This document shows, piece by piece, positions 28,639 to 37,743 of a stretch of 64,000 bases of DNA. The stretch spans positions 44 to 64,043 of the forward strand of contig MGGS01000007.1 of NCBI GenBank assembly GCA_001792535.1, written 5' to 3'. The position numbers and the translations under genes were made by a program. Each line of letters starts with the position of its first letter. Position 1 is the stretch's first letter. The notes under the pieces are model-generated. The model did not search any database, had not been told where the DNA came from, and saw only the letters and a list, made by a program, of their open reading frames with translations. The stretch comes from Candidatus Woesebacteria bacterium RIFCSPHIGHO2_02_FULL_42_20. Its GTDB lineage: Bacteria; Patescibacteriota; Microgenomatia; UBA8517.

Positions 28639-29454
28639 TTATTCTAATTTAAAACTGGAAATATATTTGGCAAAGTCATTTAATGCCGCTTCGACTTCGT
28701 CTTCCGGATAGTTATTAGCAATCAGCGAAACAACAAAAATGTCATCCTTTTGATAAAACGCATAATAACGCTTTACTTGAGTATCTTCGCCTACTTCAGA
28801 CCTAAGTTCGACTCCTTTGACCTGCCTACCCAATATTTGTACATTCAAATAGTCCTCTGGTGATTCACTTTCACCAATAACCGCCAACCATTTATTTAAA
28901 CAGTCATCGTCGCCTGAACAGAAAATCGTTTCGCCTGTCTCGTCTGTAGGGTTGACTTTAACGCCCAGAATAACTACTGATGCAGGGTCATCCTCGCGAA
29001 CACCACCACTGAACGAAACATCATCCGACTGGCTGTAAAAAGTCTCCGGCAGATCAGTACCCGAAACTTTAATAAGCGAAAAATCCTGCGGATAAGCTAT
29101 TGTATAACCATACATTGTATTAACATAATAATTGGCCCCAGATATTACGTCGGTGGGTCCTGCATCGGTCTTCTGACCGGTGTCAGTTATCTTAGTAGCT
29201 GAGCCTTGGCCCATACGAGTCAAAAGAAAAGCTGCAACGGCTATTACTATAATCATCAATAAAAGCAGTAATACTTTCGGGGAACCGCGACGAGCGGACA
29301 CGGATGCAGTTGCCGGAGGCAATTTTTCAGGAGCGGGAGTCGTCACTGCAGCTACAGGTTTTTCTTGACTTGGTGTCTGCTGCGACCTCAGCTCACTTAG
29401 TTTAGCTTCAAGACCTTCTACTTTAGCCTCACTAGTATTTTGTTCCATAAACAC
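28639..29454 (-). CDS. Membrane-anchored hypothetical protein (N-terminal coiled coil, TM, extracellular domain)
   Basis: 271 aa. TM LLLLLMIIVIAVAAFLL. No recognised domain. Confidence 0.45.
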   Translation of the reverse strand: MFMEQNTSEAKVEGLEAKLSELRSQQTPSQEKPVAAVTTPAPEKLPPATASVSARRGSPKVLLLLLMIIVIAVAAFLLTRMGQGSATKITDTGQKTDAGPTDVISGANYYVNTMYGYTIAYPQDFSLIKVSGTDLPETFYSQSDDVSFSGGVREDDPASVVILGVKVNPTDETGETIFCSGDDDCLNKWLAVIGESESPEDYLNVQILGRQVKGVELRSEVGEDTQVKRYYAFYQKDDIFVVSLIANNYPEDEVEAALNDFAKYISSFKLE

Positions 29455-29517
29455 TCACCAAAACCATTATAGCAGAACCCAAAAAAACCGCGAGCTTTTG
29501 GGTCGGGTTTGTAAACT

Positions 29518-30222
29518 CTATTTTTTACCAGAAGCATCTTTGGTCGAAAGGTTCTCCTGAACGTCTCCTTCAGTTTTTGCTTCTGGAGTCTCTTCGGCTT
29601 TTACTTCCCCTTCGGTCTGGGGAGCAGCTTCGCCTTCAGCCTTGGGTTGTTCGATTACTTCCTCTTTTTGTGGTGGCTCAACTTTGACTATAATGCTTTC
29701 AAGATCGGTCTTTATCTCAACCTTAAGTTTATCTACATCTAAGTCTTTAACAAAGATTGCCTGGTCAACCTCGATTAGTTTGGACACGTCAACAACAAAC
29801 TTTTCGGGCAAGTCCAGTGGGAGTGCGCGTACTTCAATCTCATTAAGCTGAGCAACGATCGTGCCAAGCCCGCTTTTTTCGGCAGGAGACTCTCCACTAA
29901 TTTCCACTGGCACAGTCGCGTTCACCTGCTCTTTTAAGTTAACCTGCAAGAAATCCGCATGAATCGGTTCACCCGACACCGGGTTTAGTTGAATATTATG
30001 AATAAGAACCGGTTTTTTAGAAGAACCGATCATAAGCTCGACAATCCCAGTCTCCCCTGCCTTTTTGTAAGCATCTTGAAATGCCTTAAGAGCCACACAC
30101 ACCGAAGCCGATTTGACACCTTTGCCATAAACTACTCCCGGCAGCAAGCCCACTTTTCTCAAAGTCTTTACTTTTCTACCGAGTATCTTACGCTCGTTTG
30201 CTTTTAAAATTATTTTGTCCAT
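29518..30222 (-). CDS. rplY: 50S ribosomal protein L25 / general stress protein Ctc, with long acidic C-terminal tail
   Basis: MDKIILKANERKILGRKVKTLRKVGLLPGVVYGKG... matches the L25/Ctc N-terminal domain. 234 aa. Confidence 0.85.
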   Translation of the reverse strand: MDKIILKANERKILGRKVKTLRKVGLLPGVVYGKGVKSASVCVALKAFQDAYKKAGETGIVELMIGSSKKPVLIHNIQLNPVSGEPIHADFLQVNLKEQVNATVPVEISGESPAEKSGLGTIVAQLNEIEVRALPLDLPEKFVVDVSKLIEVDQAIFVKDLDVDKLKVEIKTDLESIIVKVEPPQKEEVIEQPKAEGEAAPQTEGEVKAEETPEAKTEGDVQENLSTKDASGKK

Positions 30223-30225
30223 TTA

Positions 30226-32655
30226 TTAATAATTCGTCGAAACCGAAAAATCCCGCCTAAGATCTGTATTATAGAAAATACCATGGCCACCGGTCAAGGA
30301 GCCAGTTTCAAACTCCGTTTTTACGGTAACCGGCATACTAACAAAACCCGGCTGTTTAACAATATACAACTGATACTCCCTGGAGGTTTCGCTTCTTGGA
30401 ATTTTCCAAACATAACTAATAAGAAGCCCTGCCGTGTCTGTATTGTCAACAACGATTGACGTCTCTGATCTGTCACCGTAAATGACTTTGTTTCCAGAAA
30501 TTTCTTTTGACACGCCACCTTCTTTAGTAACTATTTTTACCAACTCGGAATTTTTTGGCGAAACAAGTCTTAGTTGTAATTTGCCCGGAGCCTTTTCACT
30601 TTTAACCCAATAAGTAAGAGTGTTTACTATTTCGTTTTGCCCCACCAGTGTGTTTAAACTTTGAGTCCTTTCAATTTTTGAGCTTTGATCCCCCTCCAGC
30701 CAGGACTCAATCACAGCATACATATTAAAATCACATTCACACCTTCTGGTGGGGAGGGTGCCGCCATACCCTGCAGAATTTAAAGCCGTCCTTGTACTAA
30801 AATTATTAAAGTATACCAATAAGTGTTTTTCATTTAGTGCACTTAAAGTCTGCCTTAAAACCGGTAAGTAAAGATTATTGGGAGTATCAACGACCACCTC
30901 GATAATATTTTTTGCCCAGTCAATTCTGGCGGCGGCGCTACTTTCTTGGGCTATCTGTTCCAAATTATAAAGACTGCTCAATCTGTTCATAAAAGTTGTA
31001 TCGACAGCAATAACTCCGCTAACTTTCTCGCCTATCTGTCTGTCCAAAAACCACTCAGCGACTTCGGCAGAAATATTAAAATCACTGCTCCAATTCGAGT
31101 CCTTCATCGACCAATAATTACTTCCTGAAAATATTTCAAAATCTTTTGGCGCTTTCACCACTCCCTTCAGCTGTTTATCAAGGCTGTCTATGCTGCTTAT
31201 TGAAAAGCTGTCAAAACGGCCGTTTTTAAAATTCACAATGCCGACAGCGTACACCAAACCCCCGGAGGGTCTTGGAACGGTACTATTTTGAAAAAGCACC
31301 ATGTACGAGCTGTGGCCACTTGACTCAAGTAGATTTTTTAAATCCAAACCAATTTGTCTGCCCACAATTGCCAGTCTGCTAACATCGCCGCTTTCCCCCG
31401 CAAACGCCAAGTCCTTGTATAGAGAGTCTGAATCAAGATAAATATCTTCTGACAGCCTATCGATGCTTTCTTCCTTTCTCCCCAAAACAAGATCTATTAA
31501 AGAAAAGTTGTCTTTCAGTAACTTTTGCATCGACCGGTCTATTTGTGTAACTAGTTTAAAAGTATAAAAACTGTCCAGTTTTTGCTCGTAAACTGGCCTT
31601 AGCAATGGATAGTCTTCATAGCTCTTCTGAAGTCTTCTAAACGAATAGTCCGCTAATTTGACGCTTGCCGAAGATAGCTGGGTAGCAAGACCAACGGATC
31701 CGTACTTTATAAAAATGCGAGACATACCTAAAAAATAATTGGCGAGTGACATCGGCAGCAGCGGTAACACAAAAAACCAAAAGAGCAAAGCCGTAACAGT
31801 CAAAAGGGTACAAAATCTAAAACCACCTTTCAGTTTCACACCTTTGCTATCAGCTTTTTTAACTAATTTTGCTTTTGGAATAATGGGTTTTGGCTTTTCA
31901 TTAACGTCCTTCAGAACAACAAGTGCGGGTTTTTTCGCCTCAAAGTTTAATTGATCAAAGTCGTTTTTCAATTCGGCAAAGTTAGCCCTAGCAAATTTCT
32001 GAACAACTGGCGGAGAAGATAAAATAGGGCTCGCAACTATTTTAGGGTCAGTCAAACTATAACCGCAAGACTTTGCTAATTCAAGGCCGAAAATTTCCGA
32101 ACTCATCTCTTCGGCAAAAAAATTTTCGTTGCCGTTAGAGAACGAAAAAGTGTGTTTTAATATAAACTCGGCAGTTTTTTTTGCAGGTGCGATAAACAAT
32201 TCGAGGTCTTTTTCATATTTTACAAGCCTGCCAAAATGTGTAATTTCACGCAAAAGAGCGTTTGCGGGGAATCTATTATGCCTTGCATATTCATCACCAA
32301 TAACTTCTCCTATATAGAAATTAATTACAGCTTCATCCTGGACTGCCCCGGTAACCAACCTTTGCTCCTCTAAATCATAGATACTTTTGACAGCGACAGT
32401 TTTACAATTTGCACTGACTACTGTCAATTTGGCTAAATTAACATTTCCAAAAACAAAAACGTAATTAAACACAACATTTGCAGGAATCGACGTTGAAACG
32501 ACAATGTTTACCCCGAGCACTTCCGTTGGCAAATGTTTTATCCAAGAGTCCGTCCGTGCAGATTTTATATACACTTTTGCACCACCCGCGATAAGTTTTA
32601 CAACAAGACCACAAGCAACTAAATTATATTCTGACTCCACAAAAATGTTTGGCAT
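30226..32655 (-). CDS. Large bitopic membrane protein: ~290 aa cytoplasmic N-domain, one TM, ~490 aa extracellular domain, possibly DUF4012-like
   Basis: 809 aa. TM at FCTLLTVTALLFWFFVLPLLPMSLANYFLG. Extracellular part has blocks (MVLFQNSTVPRPSGGLVYAVGIV; SNWSSDFNISAE; VDTTFMNRL) reminiscent of DUF4012 proteins. Assignment from memory only. Confidence 0.45.
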   Translation of the reverse strand: MPNIFVESEYNLVACGLVVKLIAGGAKVYIKSARTDSWIKHLPTEVLGVNIVVSTSIPANVVFNYVFVFGNVNLAKLTVVSANCKTVAVKSIYDLEEQRLVTGAVQDEAVINFYIGEVIGDEYARHNRFPANALLREITHFGRLVKYEKDLELFIAPAKKTAEFILKHTFSFSNGNENFFAEEMSSEIFGLELAKSCGYSLTDPKIVASPILSSPPVVQKFARANFAELKNDFDQLNFEAKKPALVVLKDVNEKPKPIIPKAKLVKKADSKGVKLKGGFRFCTLLTVTALLFWFFVLPLLPMSLANYFLGMSRIFIKYGSVGLATQLSSASVKLADYSFRRLQKSYEDYPLLRPVYEQKLDSFYTFKLVTQIDRSMQKLLKDNFSLIDLVLGRKEESIDRLSEDIYLDSDSLYKDLAFAGESGDVSRLAIVGRQIGLDLKNLLESSGHSSYMVLFQNSTVPRPSGGLVYAVGIVNFKNGRFDSFSISSIDSLDKQLKGVVKAPKDFEIFSGSNYWSMKDSNWSSDFNISAEVAEWFLDRQIGEKVSGVIAVDTTFMNRLSSLYNLEQIAQESSAAARIDWAKNIIEVVVDTPNNLYLPVLRQTLSALNEKHLLVYFNNFSTRTALNSAGYGGTLPTRRCECDFNMYAVIESWLEGDQSSKIERTQSLNTLVGQNEIVNTLTYWVKSEKAPGKLQLRLVSPKNSELVKIVTKEGGVSKEISGNKVIYGDRSETSIVVDNTDTAGLLISYVWKIPRSETSREYQLYIVKQPGFVSMPVTVKTEFETGSLTGGHGIFYNTDLRRDFSVSTNY

Positions 32656-32752
32656 TCACATTTAATATACTTCATTTCCAAACAAGCATTCCAGAAGAAG
32701 TCCATTAAGCGCAGGAAGTAAGCAAACCTTTACACAAAAATTTAAAAGTCTT

Positions 32753-33184
32753 TCAAGTGACAGCGGCTACTTTATCAAGCTCACTATTAACCAGCGCATC
32801 GGCAAGTGTATTCCGTTCGCGAGGAATATAATTATAGACCGCTTGGTAACTTGCTAGTGCGACCAATTGTTTGGTCTTGCTGACTATAGACTTAAGGTGT
32901 GACGATTTTATTTTGAAATTGCCGTTCAGCTGGTTGACCACGAGTTGAGAGTCGACAAAAAACTCCACCTTTGCTGGCTTTTCTGCCAAATTTCTCTGCA
33001 ACCATTCGTGTGCCATAAGTACTGCTGTATGCTCTGCGACATTATTAGTGGTAATTTCTAAAAATTTCGACTCCTGGTAAATTTTTTTCTTCTTGGAATC
33101 GAAAACAATAAAACCACCGGCTGCATGCCCCGGATTACCCCGCGACGCTCCATCTGTATAAATAATTAAATGATTAGAAAGCAT
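32753..33184 (-). CDS. rnhA: Ribonuclease HI
   Basis: IYTDGASRGNPGHAAGGFIV (DG.s.gNPG catalytic Asp block), ...VDSQLVVNQL, ...RERNTLADAL. Confidence 0.85.
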   Translation of the reverse strand: MLSNHLIIYTDGASRGNPGHAAGGFIVFDSKKKKIYQESKFLEITTNNVAEHTAVLMAHEWLQRNLAEKPAKVEFFVDSQLVVNQLNGNFKIKSSHLKSIVSKTKQLVALASYQAVYNYIPRERNTLADALVNSELDKVAAVT

Positions 33185-33191
33185 TGAAGGC

Positions 33192-33647
33192 TCATTTTTT
33201 CGGCTTGACTACCAAGTATCTTTCTTTACCCTCACCAAAAGACTCGGTACTAATAGTCTTTTCATTTGCCAAATACATGTGGATTGTCCGCCTTTGACCG
33301 GCATTTAAATTGTATAACGGCTGACCTTCACCTGTAGCCTTCGCCCTGCTCACCGCACTTGCCGCCAACGACTTCAAATAATCATCCTGTTTTTCCCGCC
33401 AGTCCCCGACGTTTACCACAACTCTATACCACTCGCCCGTTTTATTTTTTAAAGCCAAGGTCAAAAAAGTTTGAATCCCGTTTAGGGTGTCTCCTCTATA
33501 GCCAATAAGCAAACCCTTATATTTTTCGCTGTCAAGAGAAACACTCAGGGTCTCCCCTTGGGTGCTTAAACTTATTTTCGCCTCCACTCCCAGTAAGTCC
33601 ATGAGTTCCTCAGTTAATTTTTTGGTTTTGTCAATTGGAAGCTTCAT
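33192..33647 (-). CDS. jag: Jag/KhpB-type RNA-binding protein (KH plus R3H domains)
   Basis: 151 aa. Conserved position after yidC, and R3H-type block (NLNAGQRRTIHMYL). Confidence 0.7.
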   Translation of the reverse strand: MKLPIDKTKKLTEELMDLLGVEAKISLSTQGETLSVSLDSEKYKGLLIGYRGDTLNGIQTFLTLALKNKTGEWYRVVVNVGDWREKQDDYLKSLAASAVSRAKATGEGQPLYNLNAGQRRTIHMYLANEKTISTESFGEGKERYLVVKPKK

Positions 33648-33650
33648 ACC

Positions 33651-34478
33651 TCACGATTTTAGCATTTTTACCTTCTTAATCCAAGGAGTAAGACCTCCCC
33701 ACCCTGAAGAGCGGTATTGCGAAACTACCTGAAAAAGTGAAAACAAAAACCAATAAATCGCCAGTCCCGATGGGAAACTCATACCAATCAAAAGTGTAAA
33801 GATGGGAAAAGTTATAAGCGACGACTTCTGAAAGGCCGCACTAAAATCATCCGACCCTTGTGGTGTCTTTTGTGCCAACTTCTGTTCGCCTTCCACATAA
33901 GGGGTCATTATTTTTGCGGAAAGTACCTGAACAAAGGCAGCCAAAAACAAAACCGGACCTGGCAACGAAATTGGAAAACCGGGAATGGTAATTATATCAG
34001 GCTTGGTAACGTCTAAAAAAAGAAATTTTGTGTTAAGCACCGCGTCCCCGGAAAACCTTAATGGCTCAATTAACAAAGTGTTGATATTGTTTATCACTTC
34101 GCCGTCCCCCGACAGGACTCTGTTAAAAACATTGAACAATGCTATTAAAACAACTATTTGCAGTAAATACGGCAAACAACCCGCGGCAGGATTAATCCCT
34201 TTTTGTTTATAAAAATCTGCAGTGGCAGTCGCTTGTTTTTGTTTGTCGTTTGCGTGTCTTTTTTTAATCTTATTTATTTCTTTGGCATACTCCCGCATTT
34301 TTTTCATCGACTGCATATACGGCTTGGTCAGTGGATTTAAAATTATTCGCAACAAAACCGTGAAGCCAATAATGGCAAGGCCCATGTTCCCAAAAAGAAC
34401 TTTATAAAACACAATAAGTCCGTTGGTTAGAGGTTGTACAAGCAGTACTGTAAAAATATCCATAGTATTAATTTTCAA
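33651..34478 (-). CDS. yidC: Membrane protein insertase YidC (short Gram-positive/Oxa1-type)
   Basis: 275 aa. KPYMQSMKKMREYAKEINKIKKRH...FYKQKGINPAAGCLPYLLQIVVLIALF matches the YidC/Oxa1 conserved core. Confidence 0.85.
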   Translation of the reverse strand: MKINTMDIFTVLLVQPLTNGLIVFYKVLFGNMGLAIIGFTVLLRIILNPLTKPYMQSMKKMREYAKEINKIKKRHANDKQKQATATADFYKQKGINPAAGCLPYLLQIVVLIALFNVFNRVLSGDGEVINNINTLLIEPLRFSGDAVLNTKFLFLDVTKPDIITIPGFPISLPGPVLFLAAFVQVLSAKIMTPYVEGEQKLAQKTPQGSDDFSAAFQKSSLITFPIFTLLIGMSFPSGLAIYWFLFSLFQVVSQYRSSGWGGLTPWIKKVKMLKS

Positions 34479-34481
34479 TTT

Positions 34482-34691
34482 TCAAACTGGGTCCCAGCCG
34501 AAGCCGCCAAAAGGGTTGCATTTGATTAACCTTCCTAGCGACATAAAACCGCCTCTAAAAACGCCATACTTTCGTAGTGCCTGATGACAATACTCGGAGC
34601 ACGAGGGTTCAAACCGACATCCGCTTCCAAAACTGGCCTTCAAAAATCTTGAAAGGTATTTTTTGTAAAATATAAACATCTTTGTCTTCAT
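34482..34691 (-). CDS. yidD: Membrane protein insertion efficiency factor YidD
   Basis: 69 aa. RFLKASFGSGCRFEPSCSEYCHQALRKYGVFRGGFMSLGRLIKCNPFGGFGWDPV is the YidD signature. Confidence 0.85.
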   Translation of the reverse strand: MKTKMFIFYKKYLSRFLKASFGSGCRFEPSCSEYCHQALRKYGVFRGGFMSLGRLIKCNPFGGFGWDPV

Positions 34692-35035
34692 TTTATCAGT
34701 AACTGCGCTCTTTCCAGCAAGTTCTTGATACAGCTGTCAACCGTCGCCCTATCTTTATCAATAATAGAAGTTTTTGTCAAAAATACAATGTCAAAACCTT
34801 TTTTAATCTTCCTTATTTGCTTCCTCAGTGACTCCCTCACCATCCTCTTTATTCTGTTTCGCTCTACAGCCTTTTTGGATATCTTTAACGAAACAATTAT
34901 CCCTATCCTTGTTGGTAGCTTTTCACTTCTAGTGTAAACAGACAGGCCAAGCGGGCCACTGTTGAACAGCTTTCCTTTACGTTTTACGTTTTCGAAGTTA
35001 AACCTGCCGACGAGTCTATTTTCGCGAGGTAACAC
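34688..35035 (-). CDS. rnpA: Ribonuclease P protein component RnpA (GTG start, overlapping rpmH stop)
   Basis: [16 protein letters not shown]... and [20 protein letters not shown] (RNR.KR motif). Confidence 0.85.
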   Translation of the reverse strand: MLPRENRLVGRFNFENVKRKGKLFNSGPLGLSVYTRSEKLPTRIGIIVSLKISKKAVERNRIKRMVRESLRKQIRKIKKGFDIVFLTKTSIIDKDRATVDSCIKNLLERAQLLIK

Positions 35036-35168
35036 TCAAAATTTTCCTTCCTTTAAGTCTTTTTCGCTTTAAAACATTTCTACCGGACTTGGTCGACATT
35101 CGCCTTCGAAAGCCAAATTTTCTCACCCGCCTGATTTTGCTCGGCTGATAAGTTCTTTTGGTTGACAT
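34938..35168. repeat. 231-bp direct repeat, copy A (rpmH plus first 33 codons of rnpA); identical to 37465-37695
   Basis: Base-by-base comparison: identical from acagacaggccaagcggg... to ...gttcttttggttgacat. Offset 2527 bp. Flanks diverge on both sides. Confidence 0.9.
35016..35168 (-). CDS. rpmH: 50S ribosomal protein L34
   Basis: Translates to [50 protein letters not shown] (50 aa), a classic L34. Below the 60-aa ORF-track cutoff, so found by direct translation. Confidence 0.85.
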   Translation of the reverse strand: MSTKRTYQPSKIRRVRKFGFRRRMSTKSGRNVLKRKRLKGRKILSVTSRK

Positions 35169-35180
35169 GGAGCTATTATA

Positions 35181-35420
35181 CTAAAAATTGTCGCTGTTGA
35201 AAACATCAAGGTCCATAAAGTTCGGAACAAGGAGTAATTTTTTCATTAGCCAGTTTGAATTTTTCAATACTGCCGTCAAACTCCCACCATTTGTCTTTTG
35301 ACCAACTTCATACTCGAACTGTTCTTGGCTTAATATCTTTTCTACAAACCTTACAGCGATACTCAGCATTACTTAATTTCCAGAACTTTTTACCCTTACA
35401 TTTAATACAAACGAGTTTCA
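35181..35420 (-). pseudogene. IS1595-family transposase N-terminal remnant (zinc-ribbon only)
   Basis: Reverse strand from ATG at 35420: MKLVCIKCKGKKFWKLSNAEYRCKVCRKDIKPRTVRV*, resembling the IS1595/ISXO2 N-terminal zinc ribbon (C..CGS.K..KL.dgRYrCK.CrK.F). Downstream frames are broken and no DDE domain remains. Confidence 0.45.
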
Positions 35421-35559
35421 TAGCCCGATTATACCGTAATATCGTAACTTTCTAATATTTAAAGGTGCTAGTTAATGTATATTGAACCCGTTTCAAAACT
35501 CCATTAAGAATATTTGACAAATAAAAATAGGCAGTGCTAGCCTCAAATGTGAATTAGAA

Positions 35560-36400
35560 ATGAGGTGATTAACACTGCCCAATTCATATAATACAGATGT
35601 TCTTTCAGAGGCTCAACTTGAATATTTGGCTTCAAATCTTCCCAAACCCAAGGCAGACACCGGAAGACCAAGTTATTCAAACAGAGAGCTTTTACCCGGG
35701 ATTTTAAGAGTATTAAGGAGTGGCATGAGATGGAGGGACTTGGATGACAAAAGGTTTGCCTCAGGAGTTACACACTGGAGAAGAATGAGGTTTTGGCAGA
35801 TAAGGTTCGGACTTAGGAATGTTTTGAGATTTGTACTTGATAAACTAAAGGTACAAAGAAGGCTGAACCTAAGTATGGCCTCAATTGATGGATCACTAAT
35901 ACCCAGCTTTAACTTTTTTGACACAACCGGATATTCTGGTAAGTATAAAAAGACAGGAACTAAAATATCAACCCTGGTAGACTTTTGTGGGACCCCTTTT
36001 AATGTTGTCTTTGCTTCAGGAGAAAAACATGATATGCCTCTTGCCATGCCAACCATAGCAAATAATTCTGTTGGAAAGCCTGGAACAATCATAGCTGATA
36101 AAGGGTATGATTCTGATAAGTTCAGGTTCAAATTAAAACAAAATGGAATTAATACCAATATTCCAATAAGGAATATTAAAAACAGAAAAAAGCAAGAAAA
36201 CTACAACATTCCACTCGGAAAAATAAGGTTTAAGATAGAAAGAACAAATGCTTGGATAAAAAGTTTCAGAAGACTTCATTTCAGGTTTGATTACACTCTG
36301 GCTTCATTCCAAGCATTAACATACTTGGCCTTAATAGTAATCTGCTTAAGAAAGCTGGTGTAAAAACATCAATTTTCCAAAGAAGATTAACCTAACATCC
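35560..36400 (+). mobile_element. IS5-family insertion sequence (IS427/ISL2-like group), apparently intact single-ORF element; ends approximate
   Basis: Carries the transposase below. Terminal inverted repeats could not be identified by eye, so boundaries are estimated from ORF limits and the disrupted DedA gene. Confidence 0.4.
35626..36363 (+). CDS. IS5-family transposase (DDE_Tnp_1)
   Basis: SEAQLEYLASNLPKPKADTGRPSYSNRELLPGILRVLRSGMRWRDL (HTH plus GRP block); DDE triad candidates in IDGSLIP, IADKGYDSDKFR, ERTNAWIKSFRRLHFRFD. The in-frame upstream extension to 35569 suggests a non-ATG start earlier than the TTG at 35626. Confidence 0.8.
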   Translation: MASNLPKPKADTGRPSYSNRELLPGILRVLRSGMRWRDLDDKRFASGVTHWRRMRFWQIRFGLRNVLRFVLDKLKVQRRLNLSMASIDGSLIPSFNFFDTTGYSGKYKKTGTKISTLVDFCGTPFNVVFASGEKHDMPLAMPTIANNSVGKPGTIIADKGYDSDKFRFKLKQNGINTNIPIRNIKNRKKQENYNIPLGKIRFKIERTNAWIKSFRRLHFRFDYTLASFQALTYLALIVICLRKLV

Positions 36401-36408
36401 ACATAGTT

Positions 36409-36882
36409 TTGAAACCAGTTCATTACCCTTATCTATTTGGAATAAGCGTTGTTTGGTATATGGCAATTGCAAGTGTTTTGGGTTTTGTAACTAATTTCTG
36501 GATAGCGAGGAAACTGGGTGAACCTATTTTAAGACACCTTGTAGATAAACAGTCCATTAGTCGTGTTAATAAGTTGGTAGCCAACTATGGAAGGCTTTCT
36601 TTATTGTTCTCCAGAGTTTTTTTGGGAGGGTTTAATAATGTGGTATCGTACGCTGCAGGTTTGACCTCGATGAGTTTTAAAGACTGTTTTCTTATATCTT
36701 TCTTCGGCATAATTCCAGGCACGTTTGTATGGTTTATGCTGGCAAAAGATGCAGATTCTCCGGAGGAATTTACTATTTTGTCTGTCGGAATGTCTTATAT
36801 AATGTTCGTATTCTTTGCAAGCAGGTTGGTTGTTGGAAAATTGAAGAACGGGCGTTTCAGGGAAAAGGCCGGGGTAGGTTAA
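36409..36882 (+). CDS. TVP38/TMEM64 (DedA/SNARE-associated) family membrane protein, N-terminally truncated
   Basis: LLFSRVFLGGFNNVVSYAAGLTSMSFKDCFLISFFGIIPGTFVW matches the conserved C-terminal half (R..P..P..lvnyaaGlt...f...t.lG.lP). The ~60 N-terminal residues expected for the family are missing. Gene begins right after the IS5 element. Confidence 0.5.
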   Translation: MKPVHYPYLFGISVVWYMAIASVLGFVTNFWIARKLGEPILRHLVDKQSISRVNKLVANYGRLSLLFSRVFLGGFNNVVSYAAGLTSMSFKDCFLISFFGIIPGTFVWFMLAKDADSPEEFTILSVGMSYIMFVFFASRLVVGKLKNGRFREKAGVG

Positions 36883-37091
36883 TTTCTGGTTAAGGGGTGG
36901 CAGGCGGATATTGGAACGCGGATCTGCGAAACTATCTCGGCGGCGGCTTGGTTGCCTACCCCCAGCTCCATTGCGTCTTTATATGCGTCGTCGATAGCTG
37001 GAAGATTACTACATACATCCTGTACGCACCATTTGCCTTTGTAAAATGGACAAAGCACGGGATACCTTCCAGCATATCCAGTTTCAGCCAT
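36879..37091 (-). CDS. Small Cys-containing hypothetical protein (~70 aa from MAETGY)
   Basis: MAETGYAGRYPVLCPFYKGKWCVQDVCSNLPAIDDAYKDAMELGVGNQAAAEIVSQIRVPISACHPLTRN. No family recognised. Upstream part of the longest ORF overlaps the IS481 remnant and was discarded. Confidence 0.3.
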   Translation of the reverse strand: MAETGYAGRYPVLCPFYKGKWCVQDVCSNLPAIDDAYKDAMELGVGNQAAAEIVSQIRVPISACHPLTRN

Positions 37092-37122
37092 AACGACATT
37101 ATAGAATATTAGGTAAAAATAG

Positions 37123-37464
37123 TCAAAAGTTTGTACGGGCCCAGTACTTTTTCGACATTCCTCCTTTCGTATACAGATACTCAAGTGGTGTCATGTAGTT
37201 TAGTGATTGGTGTACTCTTTGGCTATTGAAGAATAACAAATAATCTGTAAGTTTTACAGAGAAAGCTTTGGATTCGTGAATGAGGTGCAGGTTTTGGTCG
37301 ATAAACTCCTCTTGAATTGTTCTGTTGAATCTCTCAACAACTCCGTTGATCTTGGGGCATCTTGGATATGTAAAGACATGTGCAACACCTTGTGCCCCAA
37401 GGTAGGCATCAAATACTCCCAGGAATTCGAGGCCATTGTCTGTCTTCCATCTTCCCTATTATAT
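37123..37464 (-). pseudogene. IS481-family transposase C-terminal remnant (rve integrase core, last ~110 aa), 5' end replaced by the duplicated rnpA fragment
   Basis: Reverse strand: GRWKTDNGLEFLGVFDAYLGAQGVAHVFTYPRCPKINGVVERFNRTIQEEFIDQNLHLIHESKAFSVKLTDYLLFFNSQRVHQSLNYMTPLEYL...*. The DNG.EF / T.P..P..NG.VERF.RT / YN..R.H..L pattern fits the IS481 family. Confidence 0.65.
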
Positions 37465-37562
37465 ACAGACAGGCCAAGCGGGCCACTGTTGAACAGCTTT
37501 CCTTTACGTTTTACGTTTTCGAAGTTAAACCTGCCGACGAGTCTATTTTCGCGAGGTAACAC
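37465..37562 (-). pseudogene. rnpA 5' fragment (first 33 codons), duplicate copy fused out of frame to the IS481 remnant
   Basis: Part of repeat copy B. ORF 37254-37562 begins [34 protein letters not shown], identical to rnpA, then diverges. Confidence 0.85.
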
Positions 37563-37695
37563 TCAAAATTTTCCTTCCTTTAAGTCTTTTTCGCTTTAAA
37601 ACATTTCTACCGGACTTGGTCGACATTCGCCTTCGAAAGCCAAATTTTCTCACCCGCCTGATTTTGCTCGGCTGATAAGTTCTTTTGGTTGACAT
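37543..37695 (-). CDS. rpmH: Second, sequence-identical copy of rpmH (L34) within repeat copy B
   Basis: Coordinates are copy A plus 2527. Whole rpmH ORF lies inside the perfect repeat. Upstream flank, and hence the promoter, differs from copy A. Confidence 0.7.
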   Translation of the reverse strand: MSTKRTYQPSKIRRVRKFGFRRRMSTKSGRNVLKRKRLKGRKILSVTSRK

Positions 37696-37743
37696 CAACG
37701 TATTGTACCAAATACTTCTGATCTACTCAATCTCAAAAAGCAT

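Larger units (their letters stand above)
37465..37695. repeat. 231-bp direct repeat, copy B (see 34938-35168)
   Basis: Perfect identity to copy A. Confidence 0.9.
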
